From Perna viridis (lineage: Eukaryota): a stretch of DNA of 64,000 nt. This document shows, one piece after another, positions 13,968 to 25,672 of this stretch. The notes beneath the pieces are model-generated. The model saw nothing but the letters and a program-made list of their open reading frames with translations. It was not told where the DNA came from and made no database searches. The translations under genes and the position numbers were made by a program. The stretch is from NCBI GenBank assembly GCA_037379345.1, contig CM074513.1, positions 50,013,195-50,077,194 on the forward strand, read 5' to 3'. Position 1 is the stretch's first letter. Every line of letters starts with the position of its first letter.

Positions 13968-14374
13968 ATAAATAGCACTGAGGATAAGAATCATGCAACA
14001 TATGATTCGTGGTTGGAAAGCCTACATATTTTTAAAATGTTATAGTAAACAGAAATTAAGATGTGACTTTTCATATAACCCTTGTTCATATGGGATAACA
14101 ATTATAAAGAATGTACTGTATAAAGTTCAAAATTAAGGGAGATAACTCTGTAAAAGACACTGAAATACAGTGGAAATTGTTGGATTTTCGAAATGGATTA
14201 TCTCCTAAGAGCAGACAGATTGGAATGAACAATTATACATTTCATCATATAGACCTATAAAGCAACTTAATAACTAAAATAAAAATGAGTAGTCTTTTTT
14301 TTTTGGGGGGGGGGGGTGGGGGATGTATCACATATGACAGAATTTGCATGATTCTTACAAACACTGCTACTTAA
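13968..14374. mobile_element. Degenerate MITE related to the 40783-41673 family
   Basis: Left end ...gataagaatcatgcaa and right end ttgcatgattctta..cactgctacttaa match the TIRs of the 40783-41673 element. Confidence 0.55.
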
Positions 14375-16944
14375 ACATTAATGTCTCTCTTGAAAATATA
14401 CTGCTATATCTGTTTTGTTCGACTGAATTCTGAAACAAACAACCCATCAATGGCTGAGTTTTTTTTTGTACTATTATAGCTGAAATATTTATAACCATTT
14501 TGTAACAAATATAATGCAGATACTGTTTTGCTTAAATAATTTGAAATCTTTTTAATCATTTTACAAAATAATTAAATTTTTCAGTTGGTTTTCTACGAAC
14601 TCTTGAGAAAGGATTTCAGAATATTATTTCAAACCTAAGATGTTCCAATTAGGCCTGCTTGTGTAGATGTATTCGTCAAGTGTAGACTACAGTTTAAAAC
14701 GTGTTCTTATCTGAATAAAAGACTAAATAAAAATGTTTATTATATATGATATACTCAAGGTAGTAAAACACAAAAATAAGTATTAAAATTACATAAATGG
14801 ATTTTGATTCCATAAATATTCGTGAATAGCTCAAAAAGCATTCATTTCGGAATGAGTGGATTTCCTTTTTTTAAAACTGAAATTACATACAAGTATTTAT
14901 TATTCTCTTCGAAGATTTATAAAGTTCAAACGGACTTTACAATTTACACCGAGAAGTTTATTTATAGGACTATATAATTTACACTTGTAGCAGTTTAAAT
15001 GTCTATTACTTAGTATTTGGTGGATGACTGTGTCTCATTGACAATCATACTACATCTCCTATTTTCATATACTCATGTACAAATTTACACCGAGGTTATT
15101 TTTAGATATTTTATAGTTGCTCCCCGCTACCTTATCTCATTATTGCAATTTGATATTTTAGGTAGTTGATATAAATTTATTCAGTACATGCGTACTTTGA
15201 TACACACTTTTACATCGAGTTTAACACTATGACTTTACCGGAAAAGCTTTCTTAGTGTAAGGTTAAATATATATTTGTGAGTTTCCGTTTAGTAACAAAA
15301 TAACTGGAACTTAAGGCGAACTTGGAAAAAATATATGATTCCCAATATCTTGTAAGTAAACGAATTCACATTTTGATTTTTTTTAACTGAGTACATTGTA
15401 TTTTGATATCTACAAATAGCGTTAAATGGATCATACGTTGTACTTTTAACTGTATATACTCCCACACAAAAGAACAGTCAACATAAACATTGAATTAATT
15501 TCTCAAATCATAATGATAATTTATCATATAAATAGTTTCTATATGAATGTGAAATTTGCATAACTCCTATCAAAGAAATGTATTTGAAAAAGTGTCAAAT
15601 CAGTGTGCTTGTCAGTATTTGGTGTGTCCATATTTTCTTAGAGTATGGAAATATAATACTATCTAGCCTAGATATTATACAGTCATGCTTGAATTCGTAC
15701 ACACAACAATATCGTAACATGTTCACATTTAGATAATTTGTTGTTTTACTAATTGGTATATAAGATAATTGATACACAAAATGAAATCGCTATGTACATC
15801 AGATATGCTCATTGGGTTTGAATGATGGATTCAGTAACAATTAATTTACATTTTCTCTACAGTGTGGAGTTAACAGAAAAAGGGGTTGGGCAGAAGATCA
15901 ACCAACGAATTGCCTTTACCAACTTTAAGTTCGTTTTGTCAAAAATATATTGTATTCCGTAAAATTAATGACCTAATTCAAAATTGCTGGTCTTCGTTAC
16001 AAATGTTTTCTAGGTATTTAACAAATATTTAGGTATTTCATCGTTCGATTTCGGTAGGTTAAACTTCTTTTATGTAAATAAAAGACATAAAGTATTTTAA
16101 AACACGTTTAGCTAATTAACATTTTCTGTGGCTTTCAACATGTCAGATGCTATAGGTTAGGATGGCACCAAGTCAGAAAATAGCTTGCCAGACAACCTCT
16201 AGAATTGCTGGAGTAATGTTCCTGTTAAAATATGACTGCATGTAATATGACAGTCATATGATTATATCTTTCATCGATCAATTTTGACAGTGAATTCATC
16301 CCCTATTCAATCATTGTAAGTTAAAATTTTGAAGTATTCCGATTTTATAAACTAATAAACTTATACACAAATATTATGATGTAATTTGCAGGAAGTAAAC
16401 ATGTTGTTGTTTCGGGACGTAAGTTAAAACCACGTTTCCGGAAACAAGGTTAAATCTTCTTGTCGTTAGGGAAGTTCATTCAGCTCAGACGAAGTGTGTG
16501 AAACTTATAAAAATGATTGTTAAGGAATACACTAATTTGAAATTAATCTATACATTAAATGAAATAGTATCAATGGAACCAACATTTGTGTATAATTTCC
16601 AATAACCGAAAAGTATACCATGGAAAACAACGTACGGTACAATTATAATCATTTCTACCATGATTTATTTTTAGAAATTTTCAGGATTTGAATCCCAACC
16701 TGAAAATTTCTGATTTAAATAAAAGAAAGGCCAAGTAAAATAAATGATATTATATTTGTTTCATATTACATGGAATTTTATCATAGGATAGTAGATTTTT
16801 TTGAATGACGTAAATTTCAGGTTTTTAACCTGTAAAAAAACGGGAAAATAATCATCAAAAAGGTGTCTGAATCGGGTAACCTGAAAAACAAATTAAAACA
16901 AAACTAGATGGACACCAAAATCACTATGCCCGCAAAGCTGATTT

Positions 16945-17457
16945 TCGGCGTACTACCTCGGTAAATGTCGGAGTATTGTATAATTAGGTTTGCTGACTTT
17001 CACACCAATAAGATGCCAAAGTGGGTTTACGGATAATACCCATGGACAACCAAGGTCCGAGAAAAGCGGACATTTCTTCATGATTAACATCTTCCCATTT
17101 ATTTAATCTTGAATTTGGTTTTAAGTTGTTAGTGTTCCGAATCTGGTTGGCATACCGATTAGTTTCTTCACCAAAAATGTCAATAATTGGAGTATTGTCA
17201 TCAGAGGATAACCAAAGGAAATATTCAAGTGGTTCAGAAATTCAAACGGGGGGATTAGTTGGTCCGATTGATTCATCAAAAGGTTCAATATCATGTGGAA
17301 ATTCACAACTGTCAGCATTCTGCACTGTCCACAGATATTCAGGGTTTAAATCTGGATAATTTTCTTCGTCACTTTCTTCAGCACTCTCCTCGTATAGGCT
17401 GATATCTGACACATTATCGTCAAATTCGTCGTTCATTTTGAATAAGTATGACGTCAT
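16945..17457 (-). pseudogene. piggyBac (PGBD-like) transposase N-terminal fragment
   Basis: Acidic N-terminus (ORF 17242-17457), then past a stop EETNRYANQ...KWEDVNHEEMSAFLG..LSMGIIRKPTLASYW...TPTF, the conserved piggyBac N-terminal block. Truncated before the catalytic core. Confidence 0.8.
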
Positions 17458-17591
17458 CGTATTTATGACGTTAAGACTTGTTATGAAAATTACTTAGCAA
17501 CATGATAAAAATACAAAACTGTAACTGTTAGCCTTTTTATTGGTCTTAATTGTAATTTAATTTGTGAAGAAATTTTTCTTCCTGAATGACA

Positions 17592-17746
17592 TATTATACA
17601 CATACTACCTGCAATTGAGGGTGGTATACTTAATTACCACTCGAAGGAAGAATGTCGCCCGAGACGTAGTCGAGGGCGATATTCTTTCCTGAGTTAGGTG
17701 ATCCATTATACCACCCTCACCTGCAGGCAGTATGTGTTATATTATA
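17592..17746. repeat. Long imperfect palindrome, Crypton-like non-autonomous element
   Basis: Arms tatacacatactacctgcaattgagggtggtata and tataccaccctcacctgcaggcagtatgtgttata around the core gcccgagacgtagtcgagggc. A related arm fragment lies at ~23470-23500. Confidence 0.6.
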
Positions 17747-17862
17747 CTGAATATCTTTTTTAACCAGTATACCACCATTCTATTGATAAACAAATATCAA
17801 AAGATCCATTGACTTAATATTTCTCCTTGTAAAGTGCTTTTTTCCCCTCTGCAAAACCATCC

Positions 17863-20748
17863 TTAACCCTTTCAGTGCCAAAGCGACATTTTTGTCGTTT
17901 GAGGGTTGGCTGTCAAAGCGACGTTTTTGTCGTTTGGAGGTTGACTGCCGAGGCGACAAATTTGTCGTTTAATTTAAAAACAAACACATTTTTGACTTAT
18001 TATACTGTCTTTATTTTACAGTAATTCATGATACTATTTTGTATATATGTAAAAGGGAATGTAGTCGCAAAGTCGCAATGTTTTCTTTCTGTTTTCATAA
18101 AAGATAATGTAAATGACGTCATAGCATTATCGCACGTGAAAGTGCGGGGTAAAAGTGGTTGTATAGCCCATGGCAATTCGCGGTCATTAAAGTAATCTTT
18201 TCTCGACCGTAGCCTCATGAGAGGTATTTATGTACGACACATAGACACTATTTAGACTAGCTTTCGTATAATTTCACAAGAAAATTTTTCTTGTTTAGAG
18301 TTAATTTTTTTTCGAAAATATTCGGGTTATTAATTTCTAATGAACTACGCGCAGGTATCACATATCAATGCGCGAATTACAGAATAATACATGTATAGGT
18401 AACAGTGTGTGAGAAGATTTCTAGAAATCGAATGTCAGTCGAAGAAAGTGGAAAAGCATGGATCTAAAGTCATTCCAATATGCATTCATAGACGAAACCC
18501 AAAATATGCACAAAAAACTATTTTGTTTCTTGGATTTTGTTTTACCTGTAGTTAAGGTCCGTACGTACATTCATATTGTTTTAATAAGTTATAGAAGATA
18601 TTGAACACTAAGCCACGCAAAAAAAAATAACAAAAAAACCTATTCAGCTTATAGTACTTGTACAGTGCACTGATATAGCAAATACTTACGAAATGCATTT
18701 CAAAAGTTTTATTCCTCTGATTCATATATAGTACAAACCCATAGGCAGAGTATATCTGATGATGTGTCACTTTTACCTTAAACACTGTAAACGTATTGAT
18801 ATGCGCTATTTCCGCGATGGACAAAAAAATAGTACACGCGGAATTGAATTTTAACTCTGTATAACGCTGATCATTTTACGACACCGCGAAAAAAGACACC
18901 TGCGAATATATATTGACAGAATCCGTAAAACTCCGAAACCGCAAATATAACCCGTTTACAGTTAATGTGTAAAATCCGTGATTTAATACAGGCAACTCAT
19001 TTTGAATCAACATAAAAAGTTTCAACTGGAAAACATCATATATTTTTGTCTGGAACAACTTTTTGCTGTTTACATAAGGAGAATGGATAATGCGAGTATG
19101 TCAAAGGGACAACCACCTCACCTGGATGAAAAATGTCAGCTCAAGGCCACCCATCGGTCTTCAATGAAGATGGGGACGTAAAACACGTTTTACTTTTTCC
19201 TTCCAATTTTCGTATTAGGTTTACCAATTTCTTCTTTATAGTTGGTTTAATTCTTCATTGGTAAAAAGAAATGGTAAACGTCATATATTTCACTCTCACT
19301 AAATTTAAGCATATCGAGGTGGCAAAACGATAATAAATGTACATGCAAATTAAGGACACAAAAAAATACAAGTACTCAAATAGCCCAATGCAGTCAAAAC
19401 AAAACTAGCTCTGCAAATATTTCGTTTATTTACTATACACAGTTTTCATATGTTTGTGTTCTGTTGCATATTATGACATACAGACTATTAAATGGAAATT
19501 TGTTCGAACGTTTCTCCTGAGACCAAGCTTGTCGGTACCCATTTGCCATATTTTCTGTGTGATGTGCTAGGAAAAATGTCATCAAATCATGTCAGATTTA
19601 AAGTTCTAAATAATTAATAGGCATTAGGACATTCTGGTATTACATTAATATCTACCCAAAAGAATGAAGCATTATAAAAAAAAATTAGTTTAAAATTTCG
19701 AATGATACGTAAGATCGAGTTTGAAGGTATAAAGTTTTTTTCCAAGTCAAAGAATACAAACAGCAATATTACAACGTTTGCAGAATCGATCAGAACAAAT
19801 TGATATCAGATCTATTGTTTTCTGAGGCGTAGACCTTTTTTGGGGAGGGGGTGGTGATTTGCTTATTGAAGGCATGAGAAATATTTTAGCAGAAGTAGTA
19901 TTTCTATTTGACATTCTACAGGAGTACTGGGAAATATTGATGAATGATCACGTTTTCTTTATTTGGCTAAGTAAAACTTTATGCAAAAAATGCGGAATAA
20001 GCTTTCCTTTAAAACATCCTAGCCCTCTTCCGCTAATAAAATGGTACAATGTTTGTTGCCTTTTACACTTGTTAAAAGAACAGTTTCCTCTTCTGGTGAT
20101 GTCTGTGTGGCAGTATGATGTCAGTAAAGTTTAACTGGCGACGTTTCCAACTGAAATTTGAACGCCCGTTTCCGTTTTTCGTCGGTATCACTTATGCGCT
20201 TAAAATTTCACAATTATCTTCTTCTCGGTAAAACGCTCGAAAGGTCTGTAAACAAATTACGTCATTTTGCACGTTTGTTTTGTTTATATAAACATTAAAA
20301 TGAACGAAGTTGAATATTCTGACAACACGAGTCTAATATTTTGTTTTCGATAAATCATCGTAAATCAATTATTTGTACTGAAAAACGGCAGAAAACCACA
20401 GTACTGAAAAATGACTGAAATTTACAGTACCGAAAGTTTACTGAAATTTTCAGTACTTAAAATTGACTAAAATTTATAGTACTGTAAAATGACAAAAAAT
20501 CAAAGTACTGTAAAATGACAAAAAAGGTAAGTACTGAAATTAACGAAAGAAATTCCTTACTGAAATGCTATTGGAAAGAAAGTACTGATTTTATATCGGC
20601 ATTAAAAGTACATAAAATCTGCAGTTAAATTCCTGGTAGTGTATTCATGACGTCGCCAAAGTATTTGGCGCTGATAACGTCGTTTTGTTGAGGCTTTGTG
20701 ACGACGTCAGCAATGTTCAAGATTTGAATTTGGCACCGAAAGCGTTAA
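17863..20748. mobile_element. Putative non-autonomous piggyBac-type element bounded by TTAA
   Basis: Left TTAAccctttcagtgccaaa (17863-17882) and right tttggcaccgaaagcgTTAA (20729-20748) are 18/20 inverted matches. Three gcgac-N5-gtcgtt subterminal palindromes on the left; a 26-bp array near the right end. Confidence 0.6.
20373..20612. repeat. 26-bp-period tandem array with an AGTACT core, about 10 units
   Basis: GTAC cores at 20375, 20401, 20427, 20453, 20479, 20505, 20531, (20557 ttac), 20582 and 20608. Confidence 0.9.
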
Positions 20749-21282
20749 AGAGTAATCAAGGGAACCAAGGTTATAGCGGTAATCAAAACAATGCAATCCA
20801 GGGACAAAGACCCGACATGGAAAACAGACATACACAACAAAGAACATAAAGTATCTAAAATCATACATACAAAGTAACAAAATCAAATGAGCAACTCGGA
20901 CTCCACTAAAAACTGGGAGCATGGACCAGGTGCACCGGTAGGGTAAGCGTCCACTGTTTTTCTAGAAACACTCGCCGAGTTGCTCATAAAAGGTCAAGTC
21001 CAGGGTAGACAAACGAGGAAAGGAAAACCATGACCCGTTGAATAAATCAGTTTTCGTGGTGCAGATGGAAACACCATAACGATCCACGAGTCCATGATGA
21101 CGGCCATAAATCTTCTGTAGTGATGACTTCAATCTTGTAGCAACATAACCCTGTTCCAGAGGCCTATTTGTTAGAGTTCTTGTGCGATACAAAAAGTCTG
21201 CGTGGTTTCGGCAAGCTCTGGCATAACGTATGAGTTGTGATATGAACACTCCATACGCAGGTGATGAAGGTATATTGCCACA
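20747..21282 (-). mobile_element. Naiad-type Penelope-like element 3' fragment, copy B
   Basis: ORF 20962-21249 (SQLIRYARAC...YGRHHGLVDRY) plus the same 3' UTR as copy A. Confidence 0.9.
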
Positions 21283-21678
21283 AATCAGTTCTATGCAGCA
21301 TACATAGGAACATTCATACCAAGTGTGGATTCAATTGTAGTGTCAGAGGAGAAGATATTAGAAAGAAATAACTTTAAAAAAACAGCAAAACTCGTTGAAA
21401 AAAGGCAATAACTCCAACATTACCTAACAACGGATTAAAACTGCAGATATATCTCATCACTGAACAATTTTATCCATGTCAGAATTTAGCTAAACCTAAC
21501 GGTTTTGAGGATATATGCATAAAAAAACAAACAAAACTACTGTCTGACCCCTATGTTCTATTATTAGTAACGAAGGCCATGTTTTCGACGAATCAAAAAT
21601 CCTCACATAAGTTTTATGCAAGATGCCACAAGGAACATTCATTCCAAGTTTGGTTCTAATTAGTCAAATAATTTCAGG
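21283..21678 (+). repeat. Dispersed repeat with internal tandem units (HINE/Helentron-like fragment)
   Basis: ggaacattca(t)-ccaagt recurs ~326 bp apart; homologous to the reverse complement of ~57035-57330. Confidence 0.6.
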
Positions 21679-23366
21679 GAAAGAGTAATCAAGGGAACCA
21701 AGGTTATAGCGGTAATCAAAACAATGCAATCCGGGGACAAAGATAACATATGGAAAACAGACATACAAACAAAGAACATAAAGTAACTAAAATCATACAT
21801 ACAAAGTAACAAAAGTAAATGAGCAACTCGGACGACTCCACAAAAACTGGGAGCACGGACCAGGTGCACCGGTAGGGTAAGCGTCCTCTGCTTTTTATAG
21901 AAACACTCGCCGAGTTTCTCATAAAAAGTCAGGTCCGGAGTAGACAAACGAGGAAAGGAATACCATGACCCGTTGAATAAATCAGTTTTCATGGTGCATA
22001 TGGGTACACCATAACAATCCACGAGTTCGTCCACATGATGACTACCATAAAACTTCTGAAGTGATGACTTCAATCTTGTAGCAACATAACCCTATTCAAG
22101 AAGCCTATTTGTTAGAGTTCTAGCGCGATACAAAAAGCGTAGTTTCGGCAAGCTCTGGCATAACGTATGAGGTGTGATATAAACACTCCATACGCAGGTG
22201 TTGAAGGGATGTTGCCACAGATGAAAGGAAATTTGACAATTCTGAATGAAAAGTCATCACGTTTGTCGTAAAGTTTGGTCAATAGTTTTCCTTTACCATC
22301 GATTTCTAATTGTAGGTCAAGATATGAGGCTGACTTCACAGTGTCTGTAGTATCCTTTATCTCAAGTTCTTTTATGTAGATGCGATGTATCAAATTCCCG
22401 AAATTAGGATTGTTTAAAGATAATACATCATCTATATAGCGGAAACTGAGATTGAAGGATCTAGCCAAACGATATTCTTTCTTTCTGATCAGATAAGCTA
22501 TAAAGTCAGCCTCATAAGAGTGAAGGAACAGGTCACCAAGTAAAGGAGCACAATTTGTTCCCATTGGAATGCCGACCGTTTGTTGAAAAACACGTCCACC
22601 ACACTGGACAAATATGTTGTCGATTAAAAATTCCACCATTTTGTAAACATTTTCCTCTGTATATTTGGAAGATGATTTGGAATTATTTCTTACAAAGTAT
22701 GAGGAATCTCTACCAAGAACTATATATTTGTATCTAGGTGTACCATCTTTTTTTGGAAAAACAACGATGTATAATGTTTTTAAGTCAGGATTTTAACTGA
22801 GTATGGGGAATAGAAGTATACAATTTTGAAAAATCATAAGTTTTAATGTATTATATTCAGATAATAGTCTTGAACTAATTGTTTCCAAAAGATCTTTCGA
22901 ATTTTTCAGGATCCACATTGAATTAATACCACTTCGGGAGTAACAAGTGTTGTGGTAGGACCGCAGACCCTCTTTGACAGTTGTACGTATAGAAGTTAAA
23001 AGTTTTGAAAGAGGTTTGGTGGTACATTTTGCAGATCCAACTATGAAACGTTGTTTGTATGGATTCTTGTGGAGTTTAGGAATCCAGTACATAGATGGTA
23101 AATTCCAATCATCGTCCTTGGTAGAGAGACCAAAAGGGGATAGCGCAGATTTATGGTTTTCCACAATCTCTTTTTTGGAGAGTGTGGTAGCAGTATAGAT
23201 CTTATCACTGCTATTATTTTCTACGTCTACCTCTGATAATAAACATTGGATGTAAAACGTTTTGCAGACAAAAACAATGTTGTTTTGGGCTTTGTCTGCT
23301 GGTACGACAACATATTTGTTATGGATAGTAGACAATGTTTTTGCTACATCGGGGTCTTTAAAAATG
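21679..23366 (-). mobile_element. Naiad-type Penelope-like element, longest RT copy C (5'-truncated, frameshifted)
   Basis: ORFs 22793-23425 (VVVPADKA, LPSMYWIPKLHKNPYKQRFI, MWILKNS), 22112-22639 (GIPMGTNCAP, RYIDD) and 21660-22073. Confidence 0.92.
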
Positions 23367-25259
23367 CCGTCTGGTGTTTTTTGTTTTGGGCCGAAATTAG
23401 AAAATACAGTAATACCGGACTGCACAACGGTAAGGACGAGATAAATTTCTGGTCGGAGCGGGTTGTTTACTCGAAGGAAGGGTGGTATACTGGAATACCA
23501 CTTATCCTTTTATGCAATCAACATTCTAGAATTTAATATGTATAACATATTTCCTTAACGCATTCGGCCGACGAAACACATATGTGTCCTTAGCGCAGGC
23601 AAAGGTTTAAATTTTTTAAACCTCTTGAGTGCCAAGGCTTTCCCTTTATTTTGTCAAGGAAGAATTTGAAATTTCTCAGTGCCAACTGTTCTGTTTATGA
23701 CATACAGACTAACTTTACGTCACAAGTAGGGCACAACGGCGATCGAACGCAGAAACTGAAAAAAAGGCATTGCATATGGAGTTAACGAGTTCTGTGCCAC
23801 AGGGCATTGACAAACATACGTACAAATTCGTACATAAAAATAGAAAGAAAGGAAAACGATAACAAACATAGATATGATATAGTTAGTCGTTTCAGAAAAG
23901 TGTTTTCAACGTGAGGGTTTCTAGAAAAATCTTATTTACCAAATTAAGCCTCTTCATAGATCGATCCAAAAGGGGACAGGGGCCCGCTCCCCCCATAAGG
24001 TCGACAAAATTCAGTTGATAAAAAAAATCACTGAGCCATGACGGAGCCGGGCTCCATCTTACGCCTTTTTCATGTATCCTAAATTATGAAACTATATATA
24101 TGAAATGACACCTTCTCTAGGTCGAACTCTCTGAAAAGGAGCACTTTTTTCATTTATTCTGATGTAGTTTGATATATTGGATGAAAGGATTTGTTTCTGT
24201 TATCAGGTTAAAAATTTATAAGTCGTTGGATCAGATCTTTACATGTTTTGACTTTATATTTCATTTCCTGTCAGACTAGACGGGAAACAATCTTCTTTCT
24301 AAGTACAATTCTCTCAGAATCTCGTTTTTGATCTTGAACCTTATGAATTAAGCTTATTTAAAACATTAAAAGGAATACTGAGTCTCCCAAATTTATTATA
24401 TATTACAATTATTACTTGTATGCTGAATGATTTTATTTCCTAATCAGAAAATACCTTGCGCTATTACAAAATTTGCATGTAACAAAATTAATTTTCATAA
24501 TCATAATTATTATGTTCAGCTAACAAAATGTTCCGTGCGATAGATGTCAACTTTGAGTGAACATCTTTTGAAATATTTGCGATTTTATCTAAAAAAAACA
24601 TACATGTATATAATGCACCGTTGATATTGTATGTTAGATAATTAAAAGTTTATCATTTTTTTATTTGTTGCTTTAATTGTTATGAGTTTTTTTTTACAAA
24701 TATTTCTTTTTCTTCTATACGAAATAACACGTAAAGCGGGATGATTTAGATAGATTGTACTGAAGAAGAAAAAAAGAGAGAAGTAAATGAAAAGTGAACA
24801 TTCAGTGATCAAAGGAAAAAAAACAAATAGACAAAAGATCAAAACTTGCAAGAAATTTTTAATTTTCGCTGTAAAGCACCCCACATATCATCACGTTTAG
24901 ACTTGTGATATCAGTTACATTATTGAAGAACAACTGACTTGTTTTTTGAATGTGTAGACAACAGTTGCTAAGCCTATACATAGGCTCTTTGGCTTAGTAA
25001 GGGTTAAGAGACCCAGGCCTGTTCTTGTAAGTTTATACCCTTCACTTTCAAGCTCAAACATTTTAACATTTAGAGGCTTCATTCCTTGTAGCTTCTTTGA
25101 TATACACTGGTAGAACTTATCGGTGCTGGATTTAGCTTCATATTTCGATATTTTTGATTTGAGTTCTTTGACAGTCATGTATTTGACAGTCGCCTCTACA
25201 AATAGAGTTCACTGGCGACGAGTTATTTGCTACACCTAACAACATCTGCCCCACCGATA

Positions 25260-25626
25260 TCGATATCGCCAATCGTCGACTTTCTACGACGTTTCGTCAT
25301 TTACAATGAATATTGCATTTTCTCAGTTACATTCAATCGGTACACCCTCGGCCAATCCCGGTAATGATCGGAATCAACGAGATTGGCCGAAAAGTTGCGA
25401 TTTCACTTGTAGTAAACACTGTGATGCTATAAATGTCACGAATAGAATTTCAATAAAGATGGCGAACTCGCGGCCTTTTGTATAATCTGACTGTTTAATA
25501 TTTAAAAAATACTTTTTTTCTAGACTTGTGTAAAGCATTATGACGTAATACTAAAGCGTCGTGTTGTCGACGTGACGTAATTTTCCAGTTTACCAGCAAA
25601 GGGAATTTCGTATTTCCATCCTTACG
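25260..25626 (+). promoter_or_regulatory. Candidate proximal promoter of the Ig-Sema gene
   Basis: Locally CpG-rich stretch just upstream of the ATG. It holds CCAAT boxes (~25269, ~25352, and inverted ~25382), YY1-like AAGATGGCG (25456-25464), CRE/ATF-like TGACGTAA (25541-25548, 25573-25580) and kB-like GGGAATTTCG (25601-25610). No TSS evidence. Confidence 0.4.
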
Positions 25627-25672
25627 ATGTTTCTTCGAAGTATATTAATTTTTCCTGTTTTGTTTGTTATCA
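25627..25672 (+). CDS. Exon 1, signal peptide MFLRSILIFPVLFVI
   Basis: ATG, hydrophobic core and gtaagt donor in phase 1; joins exon 2 as ...FVISIHG|ELN. Confidence 0.8.

Noticed and set aside
20373-20612. CRISPR-like array
   Set aside because: Eukaryotic context, a core of only about 6 bp, mutually related spacers and no cas genes.
20747-23366. Copies B and C as one element with a pseudo-LTR
   Set aside because: They are separated by about 400 bp of an unrelated dispersed repeat and carry different private mutations, so independent insertions are the simpler reading.
24915-25178. 87-aa minus-strand ORF as a divergently transcribed gene
   Set aside because: No recognisable domain or supporting splice structure.
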